This document shows positions 56,115 to 64,000 of a stretch of DNA of 64,000 nucleotides, in pieces (position 1 is the first letter of the stretch; each line of letters opens with the position of its first letter). Made by a program: the position numbers and the translations under genes. Origin of the DNA: Eimeria praecox (taxonomy: Eukaryota); NCBI GenBank assembly GCA_963920595.1, contig OY986947.1:4712001-4776000 (forward strand), read 5' to 3'. The notes under the pieces were generated by a model. The model was not told where the DNA came from. It made no database searches and was given only the letters and a program-made list of their open reading frames with translations.

Positions 56115-56228
56115 TTAATATTTTTTATTTTGTTTAATTATATGTTGTTTGGGTGTACATACAGTTCGATAAGAGTCTACTACACAAGGTTTCTGGTTAT
56201 AAACAATTTTTTCTCTATAACAAAATTT

Positions 56229-56271
<43 letters not shown>

Positions 56272-56549
56272 AGCTGCTGCTGCTGCAGGTTGCTGCTGCA
56301 GCTTCTGTGTATAGTAGTTGTTGCGCAATTATATATTTGTGTGGTAGGCGTATATGTATTTGTATTTGAATATAAATAATTAGATATATTTTGTGTTTGT
56401 TGTTTATTATTTATATTTTTTATTTTTTTACAAATTTTTTTAATATATTTACATTTTTTTATTTTTTTTTTAATTTTGCACGGAAAGATTTCTTCTCGTA
56501 TGATTGGAGTTGTACATACACCCGAGATCTCAACTAGCTGTATCTTACA

Positions 56550-56607
<58 letters not shown>

Positions 56608-56779
56608 CATTTATATTGTTGTTGTATTTTTTCTTGTTTTGTACATACAGCAGAAACAAACACAGGTACTTCTTTGCACTCTTTCTGTTTTGTTGGTTTT
56701 ATACAGGGGACAGCGACCTGCCTATACACCTCAGATGGGCATACACCAGGAACTTGTATTGTCTCTACCCCACACTCTA

Positions 56780-56832
<53 letters not shown>

Positions 56833-56929
56833 ACGCATTCATACTCCTCAGTTTCTACTACTGTGTGAGTACATGTTGTTGTTATCTCTCTTGCTATTTG
56901 ACGACACACTCGCCCTGGGGCTGTACCCT

Positions 56930-56961
<32 letters not shown>

Positions 56962-57074
56962 CAGAAGGTGTCTGTACACCCCATCATATCTTCAGATGCT
57001 GCAGCAGCATGATACTTTGTCTTTCTCTTCTTTGCTGCTAAATGCCGAGGGAAGTGAAGCATATCATCTGCTGC

Positions 57075-57105
<31 letters not shown>

Positions 57106-58733
57106 TCTGTTGCTGCTCCTCTGGCTCCTGCTGCTGCTGCTGCTGCTGCAGTATAACCTGCTGCTTGTCTGTTTCTACCCCACACACCTTCTTCTTCTTC
57201 TCCTTCATATTCATATTCTCCTCTCATTCTATCATCTACTATAAAACCCTCATCAAGGGGGCCCCCCCCATATCCTATGGGGGCCCCCCCCTGGGGGCCC
57301 CCCCCGTACCCTGTTGGGGCCCCCTCAAGGGGGCCCCCCCCGTACCCTGTTGGGGCCCCGTCAAGGGGGCCCCCCCCGTACCCTCTTGGGGGCCCCTCAA
57401 GGGGGCCCTCCCCCCCGTACCCTATGGGGGGCCCCTCAAGGGGCCCCTCCCCCCTGTACCCTGTGGGGGGCCCCTCAAGGGGGCCCTCCCCCTCGTACCC
57501 TGTGGGGGGCCCCTCAAGGGGGCCCTCCCCCCTGTACCCTATGGGGGGCCCCTCAGAGGGCCCCCCTAGGGGGCCCTCCATCAAGTGATTGGCGTCGTAC
57601 TGCTGCTGCAGGTGCGGGATCTGCTGCAGCTGCTGCAGCTGCTGCAGCTGCGGATGGTCTTCCATATGCTGCAGCTGCTGCAGCTGCTGCAGCTGCTGCT
57701 GCTGCTGTAGCTGCTGCAGCTGGTGCTGCTGCTGTAGCTGCTGCAGCTGCTGCTGCTGCAGTTCTGAATGATCTTCTATGTGCTGCAGCTGCTGCAGTTG
57801 CTGCAGCTGTTGCTGCTGCTGCAGCATGTGCTGCTGCTGCATTTGTGGATAGTCTTCTATGTGGTGGTGGTGGTGGTGCTGCTGCTGCTGCTGCAGCAGC
57901 TGCTGCTGCTGCAGCAGCAAATGATGCTCATGTATGTCCTCCTCTTCATCTAGGTCGTAGTGTTGCTGTAACAGCTGCTGCTGCTGCTGCAGCTGCTGCT
58001 GCTGCAGGTGCTGCAGCTGCTGGTGCTGCTGCAGCATCTCCATCTCTTCAATGTGCTCGGGCTCAAACATCTGCTGCTGCTGCTGCTGCTGCTGCTGCGT
58101 ATGTTCCTGCTGCACATATTGCTGCTGCATGTGCTGCTGCTGCACATATTGGTGCTGCATGTGCTGCTGCTGCAGCAGCAGCTGCTGCTGGGGCTGGTGC
58201 TGCTGCTGCTGCTGCAGCAGCAGCATCTGCTGCTGCGGCTGGTGCTGCTGCTGCTGCTGCAGCAGCAGCATCTGCTGCTGCTGGTGGTGGTGGTGGTGGT
58301 GTTGTTGTTTAAGACATTGATAATAATATTTAATTTTTTTACATTTATATTTTTTGTGTTTTTCAACAAATCGTTTGCATATTTGGGGTGTATAGGCAGG
58401 TACCAGCTTACAATTATATATATATTTGTGTACTTTGCATGGTTTATTATATTGTATTAATTGTTTTTTTTTGCATTGTGTTTGTTTATATACTTTGATA
58501 TATTTACATTGTGTTTGTTTCTTCTCTTTCTTGCATGGATAGTGTTTATTTTTTACAACAACACGTGTACATACACCCCAACGTGCTGCAGCAACAGGTT
58601 TACATACACGCTGCTGCTGCTGCTGTTTGCATGGTTGCTGCTGCAGCTCTTGTATTATTCTGCTGCATGTTTGCTGCTGCTGTTCATAGACATCCTCACA
58701 CACTGTTCTGCTGCAGTCGTATTCTTCTATTTC

Positions 58734-58770
<37 letters not shown>

Positions 58771-58973
58771 AGCAGCAGCACATTATGTGTACATACACCT
58801 GGACTCGATACAGGTATATCTATGCATCTTTCTTCTTCTTCTTTGTTTTTGATTATATTGCATTTATATTTTTCTCTAATTATATTTTTATATTTACATA
58901 TCTTCTGTTCTTTTATTAACATGGTCTCACATACTTCTGCTGTATTTAAACGACGAATCGTAGCTCCTCCTGC

Positions 58974-59047
<74 letters not shown>

Positions 59048-59131
59048 CTGCTGTTGTTGCTGCTGTTGCTGCTGCTGCTGTTCTTGGTGTTGTTGCTACT
59101 GTTCTTGGTGTTGCTGCTATTAGTGCTTTTG

Positions 59132-59162
<31 letters not shown>

Positions 59163-59189
59163 TGACCGTTCATCTGCTGCTTCTCCTGC

Positions 59190-59221
<32 letters not shown>

Positions 59222-60119
59222 TTGTTGCTGCTGCTGCTGTTGCTGATTCTGCTGATACTTCATCTGCTGTATCTCCTGCTGCTGCTTCTGCTGCTGCTGC
59301 TTCTGCTGCTGCTTCTGCTGCTGCTTCTGCTGCTTCTGCTACTGCTGCTTCTGCTGCTGCTGCTTCTGCTTCTGCTGCTTCTGCTGCTGCTGCTTCTGCC
59401 CCTTCGAGTGCTGCTGCTGCTGCTGCTGCTCTTTGTTCTGACGCTCCCACTAATTCTGCTGCTGCTGCTGTTGCTGCTGCTGCTTCTTGATCTGCTGCTG
59501 CTGCTGCTGCTGCTGCTTCTCTGTTGCGTGGTGCTTGTGCCGCTGGCTGGTGTGCTGCTGCTGCTGCTGCTGCTGCATCTGCTGCTGGGGCTGCTGCTGC
59601 TGCTTCATGCGTTGCTGCTGCTGCTGCTGCTGGCTGGTGTGCTGCTGCTGCTGCTGCTGTTGCTTCCTTCGCTGCTGCTACTCCTACTCTTGCTGCAGCT
59701 CCTGCTGCTGCTGCTTTTGCTGCTGCTGCTTCTCTAGTTGCTGCTGCTGTCCCTACTGCCTCTGCTGCTGCTCCTCCTGCTGCTGCAGCTTCTGCTGCTG
59801 CAGCTTCTGCTGCTGCTGCTGCAGCAGCAGCAGCTTCTGCTGCTGCTCCTCCTGCTGCTGCACCGTCTGCTGCTGCCTTTGGTGCTGTCGCGTTTGCTGC
59901 TGCTGTTTTTGCTGCTGCTGTGTTTCTTGCTGCTGCTACTTCTGCTGCTGCTGCTTCTGCTGCTGCTGCAGCTGCTGCTGCTTCTCTTGCTTCTGCTTCT
60001 TTTCTTGCTGCTGCTTCTCTCGTTGCTGTGACGTTCTTTGCTGCTGCTGCTGCTGCTGCTGCTGCATACTCCTCCTCGGATATTCTGTGGGCATTTGCTG
60101 CTCGTCCGTCGCCGTGCTG

Positions 60120-60153
<34 letters not shown>

Positions 60154-60455
60154 GGCGCTGCTGCAGGTGCTGCTGCTGCTGCTGCTGCTGCTGGAGGTGC
60201 TGCTGCAGGTGCTGCTGCTGCTGCTGCTGCTGCTGGAGGCGCTGCTGAAGGTGCTGCTGCTGCGGCTGCTGTTGCAGGTTTTGCTGTTGCAGGTTTTGCT
60301 GCTGCAGGTTTTGCTGCTGCTGCTGCAGGTGCTGCTGCACGTGTTGCTGCTGCTGCTGCTGCTGCTGCTGGAGGTGCTGCTGCTGCTGCTGCTGCTGCAG
60401 GTGCTGCTGCTGCTGCCGCTGCAGGTGTTGCTGCCGAAGGTTTCGTTGCTGCAGG

Positions 60456-60493
<38 letters not shown>

Positions 60494-61339
60494 CTCGTGG
60501 TGGTGGTGGTGCTGCTGCAGGTGCTGCTGCTGCTGCAGGTGCTGCTGCTGCTGCAGGTGCTGCTGCCGCTGCAGCTGTTGCTGCTGCAGCTGTTGCTGCT
60601 GCAGGTGCTCTCGCTGCAGGTGTTGCTGCTGCAGATGATGCTGCTGGTGGTGGAGCTGCTGCTGCAGGTGCTGCTGTTGCTGCTGCTGCTGCTGCAGGTG
60701 CTGCTGTTGTCAGTGCTGCTGTTGCTGGTGCTGCTGCTGCAGCTGAAGCACGCGTTGCTGCTGCTGCTGCTGCTGCTGACGATGTCGCTCCCTTAGCTCT
60801 CTGTCTTGCTGCTGCCGCTGCAGCAGCTGGCGCTGCTGGTGCTGCTGTTGCTGGTGCTGCTGCTGGTGCTGGTGCTGCTGCTGCTGGTGTTGCTGCTGCT
60901 GCTGCTGGATTTGCTGCTGCTGCACTTAAGCGTCTTGCTGCTCTTTCTTGCGAGGCTGCAGCAGCTGCTGCTGTAGCTGCTGCTGCTGCTGTAGCTGCTG
61001 CTGCTGCTGCAGGTGCTGCTGCTGTAGGTGCTGCTGTTGCAGCTCTCCCTGCTGCTGCTGCAGGTGCTGCTGCTGCAGGTGCTGCTGTTGCAGGTGCTGC
61101 TGTTGCTGCTGTTGCTGCTGTTGCTGCTGTTGCTGCTTCTACTTTACGTACTGGCTGTAGCGTCTGCGCCGGCCTTGCTGCTCTTGCTGCTGCAGCAGCA
61201 GCAGCAGCTGCTGCTGCTGCTCTTTCTGTTGCTGCTGCTTTTTCTGTTGCTGCTGCTTCTGCTGTTGATCTTGTTGTTGCTGCAGCGTTTGTTGCTGCTG
61301 CTGCTGCTGCTGCTTCACGGGCAGGAGCTGCCGTCTGTC

Positions 61340-61370
<31 letters not shown>

Positions 61371-62149
61371 GGTTGCAGCTGTTGTTGCTGCTGCTCTTCT
61401 TGCTGCTGCTGCCGCCAACGGTTCTGAAATTGTTGTTGCTGCTGTTGTAGCTGCTGCTGCTGCTGCTGCTGCTGGTTGGCTTGCTGCTGCTGCAGGAGCT
61501 GCTCTTGCTGCTGCCGCTGGTGTTGCTCTTGCTGCTGTTGCTGCTGCAGCTGGTGCTGCTCTTGCTGCTGTTGCTGCTGCAGCTGGTGCTGTTTTCGCTG
61601 CTGTTGCTGCTGCAGCTGGTGCTGCTTTTGCTGCTGTTGCTGCTGCAGCTGGTGCTGCTTTTGCTGCTGTTGCTGCTGGAGCTGCTGCTGCTGCTGCTGG
61701 TGTTGCTCTTGCTGCTGCTGCTGCTGGTGTTGCTCTTGCTGCTGGTGGTGTTGCTCTTGCTGCTGCTGCTGCTGGAGCCGGTGCTGCTACTGCTGCTGCT
61801 GGGGTTGCTCTTGTTGCTGCTGCTGCTGCTGGTGTTGTCCTTGCTGCTGCTGCTGCTGCTCCTGGAGCCGATGCTGCTGCTGCTGCGCCTGTTGGCGTCA
61901 ATCGTGCTGCTGCTGCTGTTGCTGCTGCTGCTGTTGCTGCTGCTGCTGTTTCTGGTGCTGCTGCAGCCGCCTTTGGTGTTCTGACTGCAGCAGCAGTTTG
62001 CTGCTGTGTCTCTGCTGCTTTTGTTGCTGCTGTTGCTGCTCTCGGTGCTGCTGCTGCTGCTGCTGCTGTTGCTGCTGCACTTGCCTTTGGTGCTGCAGCT
62101 GATTTTGCTGCTGCTGCAGCCGCTGGGGGTGAAGCTGTTGCTGCTGGTT

Positions 62150-62181
<32 letters not shown>

Positions 62182-62615
62182 ATCGACGCTGCTGCTGGTA
62201 TCGGTGCTGCTGCTGCTGCGTTTATTGGTGCTGCTGCTGCTGGTTTTGCTGCTGCTGCTCTTGCTGCTGCTGCTGTTTTCGATCGAGGCTCAGCTGCTGC
62301 TGTTGCTGCTGCCGGCTTCCGTGAAGGAGCAGCAGCTGCTGCTCGTCCTGCAGCAGCAGCAGCTGCTGCTGCTGGTGGTGGTGCTGCTGCTGCTCCTGCT
62401 GCTGCTGCTGCTGGGGCTGCAACTGCTGCTGCTGCTGCTGCGGCGGCAGGGCGCGCTGTTGCTGCTGGTCTTGCTGCTGCTGCTGCTGCTGCTACTTGTG
62501 CTGCTGTTCTTGCAGCAGCAGCAGCAGGTGCTGCTGCTGCTGTAGATTTTGCTGCTGCTGCTGTTGCAATTGCTGGTGTTGGAGATGCTGCAGCAGCAGC
62601 AGCAGCAGCAGGTAC

Positions 62616-62647
<32 letters not shown>

Positions 62648-62741
62648 CGGGGGTCGCTAGCAGCAAAAGCAGCAGCAGCAGCAGGATGTGGCAGCAGCAA
62701 CAGCTGCTGACGAGGAAGCTGCTGCTTCTCCAGGTCGACAT
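56115..62741 (-). CDS. Large secreted Cys-rich protein, oocyst/cyst-wall-protein-like
   Basis: Single ~2208-codon ORF with a signal peptide ([13 protein letters not shown]), a ~1200-aa Ala/Thr/Pro region, two blocks with regular C-x8-C-x10-C-x11 spacing, a Gln/His block and GY(G/R/E)G(E)GPLEG(P/A)P repeats. The wall function is inferred. Confidence 0.75.
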
Positions 62742-62743
62742 CA

Positions 62744-62776
<33 letters not shown>

Positions 62777-62782
62777 AGCTTG

Positions 62783-62815
<33 letters not shown>

Positions 62816-63063
62816 AGCTTGTGTTGCTGCTGCTGCTGCTGCTGCTGCTGCAGCAGCACGTTTATTAGTATACGGGGATATACATAAACAGCAAGAGAGA
62901 AGAAGAGAGAGAGAAAGAAGAGAAACAACAAATCATGGATATATGTTTTCTATTTATTTATTTATTTTGTTTGTTTGTTTGTTTGTTTTAATATAATATT
63001 TTAATTTAATAATTTTTTGATAGTTGCTCTGCTGCTGCTGCTGCTGCTGCTGCTGTTTTCTAT

Positions 63064-63116
<53 letters not shown>

Positions 63117-63280
63117 ATTACAACAGCAACTGTGGCTGTTTCTTCTTATTTATATGTTTTATTAATTATTATTTTGTTTAAATAATATATTAAAAGAAGT
63201 TTTTCAGATAAAAACAAACAAATAAACAACAAACAAACAAACAAATAAACAAACACAGAGGCGGGCTGTCTGCAGAGACA

Positions 63281-63334
<54 letters not shown>

Positions 63335-64000
63335 ATCTACTTAAATATAGAAAATAGGGTATAAATGTGTTAGAAATACAAATTATAATAAACTAAATAA
63401 ATTATTTCAATTAAATTTTAAATTATAAAACAAAAAAAACAAAAAAATAAATAATAACGAAGCTGCCTATACACCGCAGATGATGAGAACACCAGACCGT
63501 TGGTCTTTCATCTTTCTTTTCTATAAAATTTTAATTTTTTTGTGGTTTTAAATTAAAAATAATAAAATAAATATGTTTTTTAGTTTGTTTTTATGTTTAT
63601 TTATTGTTTTAATATATATTAATTATAATATATATAACAACATTTGTTTGCTCTTATACACCGCAGTCTAACACTGATGCCAGGCCCGTCAGCCCCCACG
63701 AATAATAATATATTTATTTAATTATTTTAATTATTTTAATTATTTTAATTAATTAAATTAATTAAATTAATTAAATTAATTAAATTAATTAAATTAATTA
63801 ATTTATTTTATTAAAATAGTTTCTATCATCAAATATCGCATCAAAATAACCTGCATGCAACCGTCGGGTGTATCCGCAGCTCTGTAGTTATTTATTATCT
63901 TGAGACGAACAAAATTAAATTAAATTAAATTAAATTAAATTAAATTAAATTAAATTAAATTAAATTAAATTAAATTAAATTAAATTAAATTAAATTAAAT

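Larger units (their letters stand above)
21870..64000. repeat. Repeat-rich (R-type) chromosomal segment
   Basis: From the first (TTTAGGG)n array at ~21870 onward the DNA is dense in (CAG)n, (TTTAGGG)n, (TA)n, (AAAT)n, (TGCA)n and GGGGCCCC runs. Telomere-like arrays are absent upstream. This matches the known segmental organisation of Eimeria chromosomes. Confidence 0.9.

Noticed and set aside
59524..62868. 1114-aa plus-strand ORF antisense to the wall-like gene
   Set aside because: GCA/GCT repeats are stop-free on the opposite strand. The ORF has a GTG start and no unique domain, so it is a shadow ORF.

Overview
Eukaryotic, intron-rich apicomplexan DNA with the hallmarks of an Eimeria chromosome: (CAG)n, internal telomere-like (TTTAGGG)n, TGCATGCA and GGGGCCCC motifs. 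The window crosses an abrupt boundary near 21.87 kb from a repeat-poor segment into a repeat-rich segment. The repeat-poor part holds a 5'-truncated hypothetical gene, TAF7, a decayed membrane-protein locus, an ABHD13/BEM46-like hydrolase and a degenerate Ty3/Gypsy retrotransposon. The repeat-rich part holds a predicted type-I membrane protein with two GNAT-like domains, TAF9, the mitochondrial phosphate carrier, a RAP-domain protein, a gankyrin-like ankyrin protein, a low-complexity mitochondrial-type protein and a 2.2-kaa secreted Cys/Tyr/His-rich oocyst-wall-like protein. Gene models were spliced by hand and family calls rest on recognised motifs, not database searches. The most striking unexplained structure is intronic: telomere-like repeats hug splice sites, and all 7 modelled introns with multi-copy arrays of both orientations have (CCCTAAA)n at the donor end and (TTTAGGG)n at the acceptor end, so the pre-mRNA could fold into a stem joining the splice sites. 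A dispersed palindrome GGTGTA-NN-TACACC is a second unexplained element.
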